Shown: one piece after another, positions 13,268 through 27,706 of the stretch
How positions within the stretch are numbered: the first letter of the stretch is position 1
Layout of the letters: the number at the start of each line of letters is the position of its first letter
Origin: Mytilus edulis
Taxonomy: Eukaryota
Direction of reading: 5' to 3'
DNA: 64,000 bases
Assembly: GCF_963676685.1 (NCBI RefSeq)
Contig: NC_092348.1
Span: 55,118,001 to 55,182,000 of the forward strand
Program-made: the position numbers and the translations under genes
Notes under the pieces: model-generated
Databases searched by the model: none
Told to the model about the DNA's origin: nothing
What the model saw: only the letters and a program-made list of their open reading frames with translations

Positions 13268-13705
13268 CTTGCTTCGAGAGATTTAGGATCAACCAAATCC
13301 TGGAAAAACGGGAACTGGTATAGATGTAAGACACAAAGGTGTAGACCACTCCACACAAGTACAACAAATCTATACACTGCAAATTTATATCCAAGAGCGT
13401 TATAAAAAGCCCACCATGTTGATATGTACAGGAATGATAGGAAGTAAAAAGCTCCCAAAATTGAAGGCACAATAATTCCGCTAGCTGCCAAAAATAATAA
13501 CACCAAGAATGTCCCAAAGAAATGTAAAAATCTTTCAGTTCGTTTTCTGCGGGTTCTGCTGACTGCGGTTGGTAATTCTGTGTCTTGACCTTCAGGAACC
13601 TTGAGAAGAACGTAACAGATCACAAAGACTAAGATGGCCGTAATAAGAACAGCAAGGTCAGGAACTATTAGACGGATTATATTAATCGCTGGTACACCAT
13701 CCAAT
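13268..13705 (-). CDS. PIEZO: Piezo coding exon 5 (LDGVPAINIIRLIVPDL...YQFPFFQDLVDPKSLEAR)
   Basis: Corresponds to ORF 13255-13704; 438 nt, bounded by tttcag and gtatgt, phase 2-2. Contains the IRL.VPD and LYQF.FFQ Piezo motifs and several TM helices. Confidence 0.95.
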
Positions 13706-16584
13706 CTGAAATAGAATTACCAAAACATTAACTGGGCTATTATACACATGATTTTTAAAAATTTCAGTAGAACACAAAACCCAAATATATTTGATATAAC
13801 TTTGTATCAAAATTTTAATATGGCCTACAGGAGACAACATTCTAATAAACTGCTAAGTTGTGCTGTTACACCACTGTTCAAAGTTTCTGGGAGGATTGGC
13901 ACATTTGCAAACATGTTCAACCATGCCTCCTTCTGTATGTGCCTGTCCAAAGTCAGGAGCCTGTAATTCAGAGGTTGTTGTTTGTTGCTTTATTTTTTTA
14001 CATAAAGCTTGCTGTTAGTTTTCTGGTTAAGTTTTACATTTGTCATTATGTCTATCTATGCTGTATGGATTTTGTTCATTGTTGAAGGCTTTACGGAAAT
14101 CAAATTCTTTAAAACATTTTTAAATGCAGTATCATTTGATGGTGGCTGCAACAGAATCTTCAGAGACGACAATCAAAGGTAAAAATTGCACAAGCAGTAA
14201 TATATATGTTTAAAATATTTCTACAATATCATTGCTTATTGGAATAAATTAATCAAAATCTGTATTACAGACATTTTATCAATAAAACCTCTGGGCATAA
14301 GACGTACATTTTGTAATTAAGACTTTTTATCTGGCAAGGTAAAATTTTATATAAATCAATGAATTTTCAAAAGATATAAATATCTAAACTATGGAAACAA
14401 AAATTTCTTCAGATTTCTGTGGATGCTTAATTTCAGGTATTGGGAATACCCATGTTGACAAAAGTATTGAAAATGATTTTTTTTCTAAGGACAAAAAATT
14501 CTCACAAATCAATTTAGTTATCAATATCAAAGACAACGAGTGTGTCAGCAGAGAATAAAATCACCCTCATACCTGGTACTCTAAAACGATTATATACAAA
14601 AAAGTTATGGCAAATTTCCTAACAATAACTGTCTGGGAAAGTAAGAGATTATGCAACACTTGATGTATGGGTGTGACAGAAGAAAATGTTTTTCTCTCTA
14701 AGTATACTACTATATTCTTTCTTCTTTGTCAACATTTCAAATTTTATTAATGTCAAGTGGATACACCAGTAGTGCAAAGATATATACTTTTTGCTGCATA
14801 GCAGTTAATAACAAAACATGTTAGGTGACACAAGAATTCTGCTAGTCTGGTTCAAATTAGTGGTATAATTACAAATCACAGCAGGGCTAAGAAGTTGCAC
14901 TAGAGATTTTATATTCTAACTAAAAATTGTATGTTTTTTATCAATCTTTATAACCTTCTTGCTTATTAATGTATTCTTAAAGATCAAGGTCACAAACTTC
15001 AATGCTTTATTAAAGAAAAAGCTTATCTTTAAAAAAAATAAAAAAGCTTGGTTGAATTCGTTTATTGAGTTCTAAAACAAATGGAAGCAAAGTCGTTCTT
15101 AAACATTTCTCTTCTTTTTCAGATGATTCAAACAATGCAAGTTTGCAAGAGGAAGTCAAGATGATTTCATGGATAATAAATTTAGCTATTAATTTGAAAT
15201 AAGTACTATAATGTACGATTATAAACTGTTTTCATTAAAATCAAGGTTAAAAGTCTCAAAAAGTACTTATTTTACAAATATCAAAGTAATCAACTCTTAT
15301 TATTGGTATTTAAATGACACCAAGCTTTGTATCACATTTATGAATAATAAATTTAATCAATTTTTAATGCACATTGGATGTTAATCACATATTTTTGATA
15401 TCCATTTAATTGCTTTTACCCTAAAATAATCAGAAAGTGTGTTTTATTATTGTACAGTTTGCCTGGAAACATATTTACTTGTTGAATAATTCATAGCAAT
15501 GTGTGGTAAGGTAATTATTGTATGAAATATCAATTTGTTGGCCTTGAAATAGACATTAACTCCACCTTAAAATGTAAATGTTCATTTCTAAAATTAGTTT
15601 CTATAATAGTGTACTATGGTGACCTTAAAATCATCACAGTAACAAATTTTCTAAAAGTGTTTTACAGCTAATTTCCTAATGCATGCAGATGAAGACTTTG
15701 GTTAATTTGGTTGCTTGGTTTGTATATCACGTACCGTATATTGTTCAATTATATTGGGAAAATGTCCAGTTGACTTTAAATATGATATATACAGGTGTAA
15801 ATATGTCATATAAATTGTTTGGAGATGTCAAACTGAATTACAAAGCTTGGATAAACAATTATACAAACAAAGCAAGCAAGCAAGCCAACCAAAGTTTTAC
15901 TGTACAAGCATTAGGGAATTAACTGTAAGCACCCTCTGTCTGCTAATTTACTTATCTTCAAGGGATGTGTGTTATATAGATAAACACGAGATTACACTCT
16001 TGTGAAATACTACAAAGAATTTATCAAAAGGATATAAATAATATTTTGACAAGTGCACTTATGTGAAGGTCTTTAATTATGATCTGAAGTCCAAGTACCT
16101 CACAGTGAGATCAAAAAGGCACTTTTTCATTGACATAAAAAAGGGACCAACTCCCTAACTTCACATCTAACAACATCATGAGGTCAGCATACAAGTATGC
16201 ATTGTGTAATAGATTAGCACAAAGTGTTCTATGTAACTTTGCAGCATACAAAAACAAATGATATATTCAGCAATTCTAGTTGGCAGTACAGAGACCTAGA
16301 CAGAGACAGCAAGTTTTGAATTACAGAAAGGAAGAGAAGTTTATATCTGACACATAATTTTTATATTAGTTTTGTGGGTGAGGTTCAAGCTGTCCATAGT
16401 CACTGTTTTTATTCTACTTATACAAACCATGCAGGCCATTTTTCTGTTAATGGATAGGATGTTAAAAATGTTATTTATTTGAATATTTGAATATGATCAG
16501 ATCAATCATATGATCAAGCACTATATTTTGTGCTTCTCAGAAGTAGTGATAAGGCCACCAATTGGTCTTATATGTTACAGAGTA

Positions 16585-16870
16585 GCAATTCCACTGGAAC
16601 TGCCCTGTTATTCCACTAGAGTTACATTCGCATTCCACTGGAAGAATTTGGCTGGAATACCAGTGAAATAACACTGTAATTTCCACTGGAATTCCAGTGA
16701 TTGCAGTGGAATAATTTGGCTGGAATACCAGTGAAATAACACTGAAATTTTCACTGTAATTCCACTGGAAAGCCAATGTAGTTCCAGTGGAATTCCAGCC
16801 AAATTATTACACTGAAAATCACTGGAATTCACAATGGAATATCATTGGTATTCCAGTGTAATTCCACTGA
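16585..16870. repeat. Scrambled cluster of TTCCACTGGAA / CCAGTG motifs in both orientations
   Basis: Many interspersed ttccactg / cagtggaa motifs. These account for the spurious ORFs 16537-16776 and 16608-16832. Confidence 0.7.
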
Positions 16871-17540
16871 TCTTTTTCTCTAAGGGTATCTAATTCACCC
16901 TGTATTCTCTAACCAAATTTAAACTAAAAGACGTGTCCTCTTATTTCAAATAGCATCCTATAAAAAAAGTGAAAAGCAGAGTTCTCAAAATCTTTTTTGC
17001 CTAGTGGTCCTTGAAGAAAATATGCAGGTCCTTACTAACATTTCTATTGCAAATTACCAAAATTGAATTGGGCCTTCCCAAAACTGTGCTGGTCAAATCC
17101 CTAGGACCCCAATTTATAGAGAACTCTGGAACAGGAAAGCATTGTCATGCCAGGCATATCCCCATTCTAAATTCAAAGTACAACGTCAACAGACATTTGA
17201 TGTCTTACACACACATGTTACAACTTACCAATGTTGCGAAGCTGACTATATATGAAGTCATTCTTTTCAGCACTTTTGAAGAAATGTGTGACAAAAATTT
17301 TAAAAGCATTCAAGGTATAGAAAATTCCTAAAATCTGCACACAGAAAGTAGGTTTCTGACCAGTCCAAGAAGTGCTCACATGTCACAACCCATCACATTC
17401 CAGCAGCTGATTAAATATGAAGTCATACTGTCTAGTAGTTTCTGAGAAAAGTGACAAAATATCTTTTGGACGAACAGACAGACAGACTAACAAAGTGATC
17501 TACAATATAGCTTCTTATCATACTAGACAATAAATGTTAC

Positions 17541-17583
17541 CTTTCTACAGCAATCTGTCTTGAAATATTATCATTTGTTGAAC
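17541..17583 (-). CDS. PIEZO: Piezo coding exon 4 (CSTNDNISRQIAVER)
   Basis: 43 nt, bounded by tctttag and gtaaca, phase 1-2. Matches the PIEZO CST...RQIG motif and restores the frame into exon 5. Confidence 0.9.
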
Positions 17584-18175
17584 CTAAAGAAAATAAGCAA
17601 TAAATATTTTATAAATATTATGACCATCAAAATGTTTGAATAAATTCATTTTCGGAGACAACAAAATGAAATGCAAGTTTCCCAGTTTCCTACTGTTTCC
17701 CCGTTTCCTACTGTTTCCCTGTTTCCTACTATCACTATGGTTTGAAATATATGTGATGCTTAGTATTTAAAATCTGAGTTTCATGACCTAAAGCAAACAA
17801 ATGGGTTTGATACAGTTGCAAAAATACTTTTATTAACCAAGTTAAGACTATAATTTAAAGATAAAATTTTGTAATATCCTATAAGGTCTATAGAAAGCAT
17901 ACAATAAAACAATATAAGTAAAGCACTTTACTGATAGGTTTTGCAAAAGTCCATCTAACCGTATGGACCATCTGAACTAAGATAATATGTGCCAAAATCA
18001 ACTTATAGCTTACAGGGTTATTACAGAAACCCATATTGCTTTGAGGATAAAAAGTGCACTTTCTAATTCTTGACCTCAAGGGAAAATATTTATTCATGTT
18101 CAGCAAATTAGTAGCTAACCATCATATGCTGTCACTATTTCAAGCACATGGTTTAAACACTATCAAATAATGCAC

Positions 18176-18582
18176 TAACTCGAATAATTCAAGCCCTTTC
18201 CGTGTCCGATTTTCTCCCACACGAGGGCTTGAACTCCTTGTGATCATTGGCCGCGTCGCCTGCTCTCTGTGAGAGAGAGCCAATCAGCGGCGATCAGGAT
18301 ATGAGTCTGCGCAACTCTCTTGAAATTGTCTTACTAAACACGTGTGTTCAATTAACACAAATCCGATAATAATTATTTAACATCAATTAACATCAGTTTA
18401 CATCATTTATCATCAATTAACATCCGGAACTCCTCCTTCTTTAGCTGCCAATTTAAATCAAAATTCCCATATTGCAAAGCGGTGTGAATTTTCCGGTTGA
18501 CGGTCTTGATCGAGGAAGACGTTCAGGCGTTAATGTAGCCTTCGTAGATCAGCGGAATATAACGACTGAATTATTCGGGTTA
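18176..18582. mobile_element. MITE with 9-bp TSD, possibly Academ-type
   Basis: TIRs TAACTCGAATAATTCA / TGAATTATTCGGGTTA and exact TSD ATAATGCAC (18167-18175, 18583-18591). Confidence 0.8.
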
Positions 18583-19042
18583 ATAATGCACAGGATATTT
18601 TTTTCATAATTTGCTTTAACATATAGAATAGATGACAACCATTTTTTCTCTTTAAGTGATTCCAAACAGTAATCTCTTAAAAGAAAACATTAAGAAAAGT
18701 ACTAGAGAAATTTTTTTTTTGAAAATAAGACCCTTGCAAACAACCAAAAAGCATGCTTTTAACACAATGCACTGTTCAATGTTAAACATCCCATGAATAA
18801 GTAATTTTATTTTTTGTTTCCATTCCAATATTTTGCATGGTTATATGACTTACAGACAAACAGAAAATACTTGTTTTAAAAAAAAATCAATTAAGCATAT
18901 GATTATTATTGCAAGTATTTAAAGACACATTCTTTGCAATATTTTTTTTTATGTACCTAGACACACATGGATATCTCAAGGTGCAGCATGGACAGTCAAG
19001 TAAATCTCAACTATACTCTGGATGAAACTTGTTTAACCAACT

Positions 19043-20242
19043 TTAATACTACCTGCAGATATGCTCCAGAACTAACCCTACTTCATACTACTTACAGATC
19101 TGCTCCAGAATTATTCCTGCTTCATACTACCTGCAGATATACTCTGGAATTAACCCTGCTTAATACTACCTGCAGATATGCTCCATAATTAACCCTACTT
19201 CATACTACCTGCAGATATGCTCCAGAATTAACCCTACTTCATACTACCTGCAGATATACTCTGGAATTAACCCTGCTTAATACTACCTGCAGATATGCTC
19301 CATAATTAACCCTACTTCATACTACCTGCAGATATGCTCCAGAATTAACCCTACTTCATACTACCTGCAGATATACTCTGGAATTAACCCTGCTTAATAC
19401 TACCTGCAGATATGCTCCAGAATTAACCCTACTTCATACTACCTGCAGATATGCTCCAGAATTAACCCTACTTCATACTACCTGCAGATATACTCTGGAA
19501 TTAACCCTGCTTAATACTACCTGCAGATATGCTCCAGAATTAACCCTACTTCATACTACCTGCAGATATGCTCCAGAATTAACCCTACTTCATACTACCT
19601 GCAGATATGCTCCAGAATTAACCCTACTTCATACTACCTGCAGATATACTCTGGAATTAACCCTGCTTAATACTACCTGCAGATATGCTCCAGAATTAAC
19701 CCTACTTCATACTACCTGCAGATATACTCTGGAATTAACCCTGCTTAATACTACCTGCAGATATGCTCCATAATTAACCCTACTTCATACTACCTGCAGA
19801 TATGCTCCAGAATTAACCCTACTTCATACTACCTGCAGATATACTCTGGAATTAACCCTGCTTAATACTACCTGCAGATATGCTCCAGAATTAACCCTAC
19901 TTCATACTACCTGCAGATATGCTCCAGAATTAACCCTACTTCATACTACCTGCAGATATGCTCCAGAATTAACCCTACTTCATACTACCTGCAGATATAC
20001 TCTGGAATTAACCCTGCTTAATACTACCTGCAGATATGCTCCAGAATTAACCCTACTTCATACTACCTGCAGATATACTCTGGAATTAACCCTACTTCAT
20101 ACTACTTACAGATCTGCTCCAGAATTATTCCTGATTCATACTACCTGCAGATATACTCTGGAATTAACCCTGCTTAATACTACCTGCAGATACCATGCTC
20201 CATAATTAACCCTGCTTCATACTACCTGCAGATATGCTCCAG
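19043..20242. repeat. 39-bp minisatellite, about 31 units, two main variants
   Basis: Unit A tatgctccagaattaaccctacttcatactacctgcaga; unit B tatactctggaattaaccctgcttaatactacctgcaga. Confidence 0.95.
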
Positions 20243-21468
20243 CAGAATTTGAATCCCCTAGTTTGTAATCAAGGAGTTATCTACTATGCATACATGCATT
20301 CAAAAACACTGCAACTATTCATGCCACAGATTATCATGCACCTTACCACTAATTGAAAAATTTCCTGAACTAGAGGAAATTCCTGATTTTGTAGAGACAC
20401 TTCCTTTCTGACAACTTATGGACGGCTTAGAAAAATGAAGATAACCAACATCTGGGGACATAAAGAATACTAACTATTTAAATACATCCTTATATGTTTC
20501 CTGTTATGTTCCTTGAAAAATAGGCTGAATTCAACTATTTCAAATGTTTGGCTTTTTTTAAGGACACTGATGTAAAATGAAGAAGTGAAATAAAAATGAC
20601 ACTATTCTATTTCAAAAATGCATATTTTGAGGGCCATTAGCCAACATGTAAGCACATTGACTAGGAAATAATAGCAGGAAGCCACAAATACTGGAAGAAT
20701 GTCTTCTGAAAGTCAGACTTCCAACCAATGCATTGAAATAAACATATTCTTTGGAAATTTAAAATGTCTACAGATTCAAATGGACAAAAAATCTTTTATA
20801 GGTTTCACTATTTTAATGTGCTTAATGTTATGCAAAAACAATGCTGTATTCTTTAAATAGTTTTTAATTCCACAGTTTGAAAAGGGAAGATCAATATCAT
20901 ATTGAATTAGATTGCTACAACAAGAAATAAGGCGCTCTCTTATAAAAAAAATTAATAGTAGAGGATTAAAAGTGATTCTTTTAAGACATCAGTTAGTCAT
21001 TCTACACTAATCCTTACTAATGTTCCAAATTGAGAAAAAGTGGAGTTTTCCCGATAATCTAGTTGTATGCATGAACTGCAATGCAAAATTTTAAAAAGAC
21101 AATTTTGGTTCACCTTTTGTTTGGGAACTTAAAAGAACAAGAAAACTTTTTCAATAATATATAAAATTGGGTACTAATCTTTCAAATTTGTGCACTTTCC
21201 ATGACATTTCCTCTGTCACAATGTGATTTCCTCTGTCACAATGCTAATGTTATTACGTCACAGTAAGAATGGATTGTTTATTGATGTCATTTACGCTGCT
21301 AGACTTTTGGTCAACAGATGTAACTAATTCATGAAGAAACTCGTAATTGATTAATTTCAGTATACTTTCATTATTTTTCACCAATTCAGAAACTAGAACT
21401 ATTTCTTCTATAAAATGGGTCCATAACCTGGATCCTTTAGTGACGAAACATCAAATGACTTTACTTAC

Positions 21469-21591
21469 AGTTTGCAAAATCAAATCCATATGGTTTATCC
21501 AGAGCTGCTAAAGTGATGTGGAAGATAATATGAGCTAGAGTACCAAGAGCTCCAAGGACTATCAGAAGCTTCAGATAGAGTCCTGTTCCCC
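21469..21591 (-). CDS. PIEZO: Piezo coding exon 3 (GTGLYLKLLIVLGALGTLAHIIFHITLAALDKPYGFDFAN)
   Basis: 123 nt, bounded by ttttcag and gtaagt, phase 1-1. The HIIFHITL motif is shared with PIEZO2. Confidence 0.95.
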
Positions 21592-21782
21592 CTGAAAATA
21601 AATTTCAATACAAGTTATATTACTACAATTAAATTAGGTTATATAATCATCTCATCTGATAGATTCTTGGAACAATCTGGAGCTTGTCTCACAAAGTTTT
21701 TGTGCTAAAAAAATGTTGATTCCAAATAGAAGTACGTGTACACTACATGCATACATGTGAGACAAATATACCAGCAACCCAA

Positions 21783-22900
21783 AGGACAAGGTATGATAAG
21801 GCCTGTCTTTGGCCCCCAAATTTTCTCATTTTTCAAATTCTGTTTTTGAAAGCTACTTATTACCGGTATGTTAAAACATTCCCTGATGCTTGAAGTTTTT
21901 TTTTATGAACTTCAAAACCACAAATTTTAGCAAGTTGGTGAGGTGAGGGGGTAAACTTTCTCTTATTATTCAAATATTGTAATTATCATTCACTTTTCAG
22001 CTGTTTTGTACAACATTTTTTTTAGTTTTTAAGTGCCTGGGCCAATGTGACCCAGGATTTTTTTATTCCAATGTCATTAGCACTGTTTTTGCTGTCTCAA
22101 TCGCCGTAATTTTCGCCTGGTCACGTAGGCGCACCCTTCATAATTTTTGCATCTTCGCTAGCCAAGGGTTACGATCCACTCCCGTTCTCTTCACCCTTGG
22201 CAGATTGAGCTAACATTTGTGGTATCAATGTTGCGCCATCTATCGGAAGATTAAAGTCACGCCCATTCCGAATACATTATTCTTGACCAATGGTAGCACT
22301 TGAACTCTTCAATTTGGAGGTATAAACACGGTAGCGTCTAGATTCTACACACTTGGTAAAGCCGGAAACGAAAATATACGTCAACATTCATGCATTTGTG
22401 CATGAAACATACACAGGAACTTCTATTAGTTGATTAAAAATATTCAAGTTGTCACTAAATATAGTCGTATGTTTAGTAATGTAAAGACATGTTGCACAAT
22501 AAACACGTGGCAATTGTTTACAAACACTTTCTACATTTACACGTGATCATGTTATAGGCGCTTTTTGATTGGATGCAGTGAGTTTCTACTGCAACCAATA
22601 AAAATCCCTTCCTTGTGTCTCTGAAATTTTATCTCGATCCGCCAAGGGTGAAGAGAACGGAAGTGGATCGTAACCCTTGGCTAGCGAAGATGGCGTTTTT
22701 GGTGCCCTTTTTACCCCCCTTACCTCACCCATTTTCTGAATTAATGGTTTTTAAGTTCATTCAAACAAGCTTCAAACCTAAGGGAATATTTTAACTTGAT
22801 TTTAGCTTTCAAAAACATAATTTAAAAAATGAGAAAATAGGGGGGGGGGGGGGGGGGGGGGGCAAAAAAACAAGCCTTATGGCTTATCGTTCCTTGTCCT
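21783..22900. mobile_element. Degenerate foldback DNA transposon with long imperfect TIRs
   Basis: aggacaagg..ataaggc..ggcccc..ttttctcattttt is mirrored by aaaaaatgagaaaa..(G)n..gccttat..ccttgtcct. Confidence 0.6.
22150..22692. mobile_element. MITE with near-perfect TIRs of about 52 bp, nested in the foldback element
   Basis: catcttcgctagccaagggttacgatccact.ccgttctcttcacccttggc, with its reverse complement at 22641-22692. Confidence 0.85.
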
Positions 22901-24936
22901 TTGTTACTAATTCTGCGACAGCCAGATTTTCTTGAAATGGAATCCCTTATAGGAAAACTTCAATACAAAAAGTTAAGGAACTGTACTGGTAATCGTACAT
23001 GATGGTTAAATAAAATGTCACCACAGAGCTATTTTATTTTGGTCGTAAAATGCAAATGTTGAAATTAAAATAGTAATTCTTTAATGTGTAAGTTATGAAA
23101 CCTATTGGAAGTCAAAAGACCATGACTGAGGGGGGTAGGGCCACATATTCTCCTTCAGATGTATAGATACTAATACAAATGATACCAAATATCATTGACC
23201 TATCAATAGTGGTTACTCACAAAATGACCTAATCAGAAACTAATATATTATTGATGCTGTCGCAGCCCCCACAACCAGGAAACAGCATACCTATGTCTCA
23301 CTTTTAGACTTCGTCAAAGGCTTTAGGCAATACAAAAAAAATTGTCATCAAAAGAAAATATTATGTTACACAAGCGCTTCATAAAAATAATCAATTTAAT
23401 TAAATCATTCATAACGATCACTTTTAAAGCTAACAATGAGTTACAAAAATAAGTTACAATCAATGGGTTAATTGCAGCGTCCTTCAATTTTATCCTAATA
23501 AAAAACTAATAATAAAATTATTATTCATCCTGTACTTGATTCATAGGAAATTATCTCTTTGATCTCTAAGTGTGGATCTAAACATATTTAATTCATCTAT
23601 TCATTTTGTAGAAATCAATATATTTCCTTTCAGTTAAAGTTAACATTTTCTGATCTTATTATTTATTGCAACATGACAGATATAAAAGTCCATAGGACAA
23701 AGAATACTGCTTTCAAACATGAACAAAGAAGATGTGAAGTTAACAACAATGCGAAAGCAAAACAAAATTATTTTCAAAGATTTTAAACCAGAAAAATGAT
23801 TTTAAATATTTTTTTTTTCATTTTCAATAAAATCGTATGATATAGATCTGATCACTATCGAACTTAATCCTATCTAACAATAAAAACTGACATAAAATAG
23901 CAGTCAATAATTGTCCTGTTATATAGTGTGTAAAATATTCCCAGATGTTACCCTTTCTTCCAATTATTAACATCATAAAACATATAAATACATAAATATT
24001 TTTCATGTGTCAAGAGAGCTAGAAAAGATATGCTGTTTTTCACATGAAAATATCTTGTATTGTAGACTTATTTACCTACTGAATTCTAGTGTAAAGGGTC
24101 ATAAATACAAGTAACTACTGGTATATGATAATAACCAAAGTAAATTATTAGCAGATATATTGGCGACACAAATGTTTAAGCAGTAGTTTAACTAAAATCC
24201 TATTATGCTTAATAATAGCCATAGAATTATTCTCATTAACATTATATTTGGATACTATAGAATGCACTACTACTAGACAATTTGCATTCTGACTGAAATA
24301 TTTTGCCACAATGTTGTTGTGAATTGGAATCAAGCTAATAGATCAGACCTGCCAACTCACATAATTGATTGAGGAATTTCCTCCATAAGAGGGGCTGGCA
24401 CTTATTTTGAAATTCTTTATTGCACAAACTAAACACCTTAAAACAGGGATTACAATGAGTTTACATACACAATTACTCATTCAAACTATATGTTTGAGGT
24501 ATAAAAACACTGATGAGAATATAAGAGGAGTATCAAGTTTTCTTGCATTGAAAGTCCCCCTTCCCCAAACCAATGGAGATTTTGAAAAGTTGGCAGGTAT
24601 GCTAAATGATAAATCTTCTTCTAGACCCATGTACTAGTCTAGCAGTGCAATTCTATTCGAGGACATACATGTACATGTATATGACCTGTAAAGGCTGTTT
24701 CTTATTTAAGGTCATGTATTTTTGGGCCCTTTATAGCTTACTGTTCAGTTTGAGCCAAGGCTCTGTGTGGAAGGACGTACTTTGACCTATAATTGTTTAT
24801 TTTTCACAAATTGGACTTGGATGGACAGTTGTCGCATTGGCACTCATACCACATTATACCAAATCTTCTTATATCTATATATGACATTTGATAGTAATCT
24901 TTGTTTGTGATCCTAGTATATGAGGTCAAACCTTAC

Positions 24937-25032
24937 CTTTTATGGTGAACTCTGTTGGCGACCTGAGCAGAGGACATATCAATAGAAATATCACATACAG
25001 GAAGGACAGTGCATTGTACCTCACCACACATG
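24937..25032 (-). CDS. PIEZO: Piezo coding exon 2 (ACVVRYNALSFLYVIFLLICPLLRSPTEFTIKG)
   Basis: 96 nt, bounded by ttttcag and gtaagg, phase 1-1. Matches PIEZO2 ACAFRYNGLSFVYLIYLLLIPLFSEPT. Confidence 0.95.
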
Positions 25033-25786
25033 CTGAAAATAAAGAATATATCATTATTACTTTATTATTTATTAAGAAACAAATCATTGCAATATATTGG
25101 CCTAGCAGGCATTACTGTATTTATATGGTGCAGGTAGCAAGGAATAAAATATTCAAGAAGTTTTCTAAATAATAACATCTCAGTCTTGCATCAGTTTCCT
25201 TTTAAAACGATATTCAGCATTAAGGGTAGTGATATATAAATGGTTATTTCAACAACAAATTGGAAAAGTTGTTCCTCTGGTATTTCCAGGATATCTTGGA
25301 AATGTTTTATCACTGATTTTTAGTTATTTCCAGAAAATCTTGGGAAAGTTGGTCTTCTGGAATAAGATCATAATATCTAGATGAAATATTTTATTTTTTA
25401 TTTTTTCCAAGAAATCTTGTCAACTCTTAATACATTGTAATATTGTTGCAATGTTTGAAATTATCAAATAAATGATGGTTATTTCCATGGTATCTTCAAT
25501 GGGGAAAAAACTTTTCAAAAATATCCTGGAAATAAGCTATATTTCAGAGGAACAATTCTATTTCTTGTTCGTCAGTAATGCGGCTGTCAACTCTTAATAT
25601 AGGTTCAATGTTTGAGGTCATAAAATAGATACTTAATTATAATCTACTTAAATATTGTACACAACTTAAAAAGCACTTTTGAAAAATAAAATCAATTTTA
25701 AAATTAAGAACCTTTTTCTTTAAATTTTTAGTCACTATGATTTAGGAGCCTGATTATCTGTTGTGACTGTAGGCAATTTTGATCCT

Positions 25787-26235
25787 AACAAGAATGTGTC
25801 CAAAGTACACGGATGCCCCACTCGCACTATCATTTTCCATGTTCAATGGACCGTGAAAATGGGTAAAAAATATAGATAGGCATGAAAATTAGAAAGATCA
25901 TATCATAGGGAACATGTGTACTAAGTTTCAAGTTGATTGGACTTCAACTTCATCAAAAACTAACTTGACCAAAAAGTTTAACCTGAAACTCGCACTTTCA
26001 TTTTCTATGTTCAGTGGACCGTGAAATTGGGGTCAAAAGTTTAATTTGTCTTTAAAATTAGAAAGATCATATCATAAGGAACATATGTACTAAGTTTCAA
26101 GTTGATTGGACTTCAGCTTCATCAAAAACTACCTTGACCAAAAACTTTAACCTGAAGCGGGACAGACAGACAGACGAATGGACGCACAGACCAGAAAACA
26201 TAATGCCCCTCTACTATCGTAGGTGGGCATAAAAA
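25787..26235 (+). mobile_element. HINE/Helentron-like element, family C
   Basis: Subterminal atgcccc, two core repeats of about 168 bp, (gaca)n, and a 3' hairpin atgccc...gggcat followed by an A-run. Confidence 0.75.
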
Positions 26236-27706
26236 TCCAGATGATATCACTCACAGAGAAGTATTAAATCATGTCCTTCCGTGAAATATATTTCCAAGCA
26301 ATTTAAAGCAGGTTTTTATAACAATGTCCATGCTTTAAGTTACTTTAAGACAGCACAGAGTTCTTGAAAAGTGGTGGTCTTAATAAACACCAAACTATTG
26401 CAAAAGACCTACAAAACTTTAGTATTTTGCAAGAGATATAGTAGTAAGGACCAGCAGATTTTCTTCAAGGACTACCATGGGAAAAAAAGATTTCAAGAAC
26501 GATTGAGATATTTTGTCTGAATATGGATCAATCCCCATCACTAAGCATAGACCTACAGGGTTCTCGTTAAGACATGTATACATGTCCTGGACGCATGAAA
26601 ATCTAACCCTACCCGAAAATGAAAAGGGTCCAATCTGTAAATTGGTGCATTTTACTCAGAACAATTTCTACGAGGATACTATAAGTACATGTACATGTAT
26701 AAAGGCCTAATACATGTAATTAAACCAAACAATGTCACAGTAATGTCCACCCTCTAAAATCATATTTACATACAATGTATATATGTACTGAATATTAGAT
26801 TTGTTATTAAATATCAGAAGCTTGGTTTCAAGACTGTGATAAATGTAACATTTCTTTGGTAAAGTTACGTTACATTACAGGGCGGCTATAATACTTTACT
26901 ACTGCATATTTTCCCTACACAACTTATTCAGTCATGCACATCAAACAGATGCTAGCTAGTACATTGCCCCTACAGCAAGTATGCAATTTTACACTGGCAT
27001 AGAAAAAATATTACTCCCACTCAATTCTGTTGACATTATTATAACATAGATGTTTTTTACACAAGAATTTTAATTTATATTGTAAATATACACACTTGAC
27101 ACCATAGGTAATAAAGTGAGAAATATTTGAATTTAAATAAGTTGAACATATTCATAACTGTCATTATCAAAAACAGCTATACAATCATTTTTCATTCATC
27201 TAGAATACATATGTTAGGCAACAACCATTCATCTTTTTGGGGGTTGGGGCACAGGGGTAAAAATGTTACGATCCATCATTTTTAACAGGGGGGATTCCAT
27301 GCAAGGAATAATGGGGTTTCAACCATATGTACCCATTCAAAAAAGCAATGATTGTCATAAGAAGGGGGTTCCATCCTCTTGATCCGCCACTTGAGTGATA
27401 CTTTCTCAAATATCAATATTTCAGCTTTAGTGTAAAAAAAATATCAATAACTTACAGGAGCAAGAAATATTTTTCTTCAGAAAAAATGATTTTTTTAATA
27501 TTTGTTTTCAATAGAAACTATTTTTCACTTCCCTTCCAAAACAAATACGGTACTGATTTTAAAATTTAAGTTTGTTGGAGTAATTTGAACAGGACAATGT
27601 TACATGATTTATTTCCCTCATTATCCAATTCCTGCTGAAACTAGTTTTTGTTAGACCAGCATGTCATACAACTTTTGTTTATATATTCACTAAATTTTAA
27701 CATACA

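Noticed and set aside
19043-20242. Regular 39-bp repeats as a CRISPR array or a repetitive protein (ORF 18967-19188)
   Set aside because: The units are contiguous with no unique spacers, the context is a eukaryotic intron, and variant units introduce stops.
22839-22862. Poly-G run as a functional G-quadruplex
   Set aside because: It is an expanded homopolymer within a transposon TIR, and its length may be a sequencing artefact.
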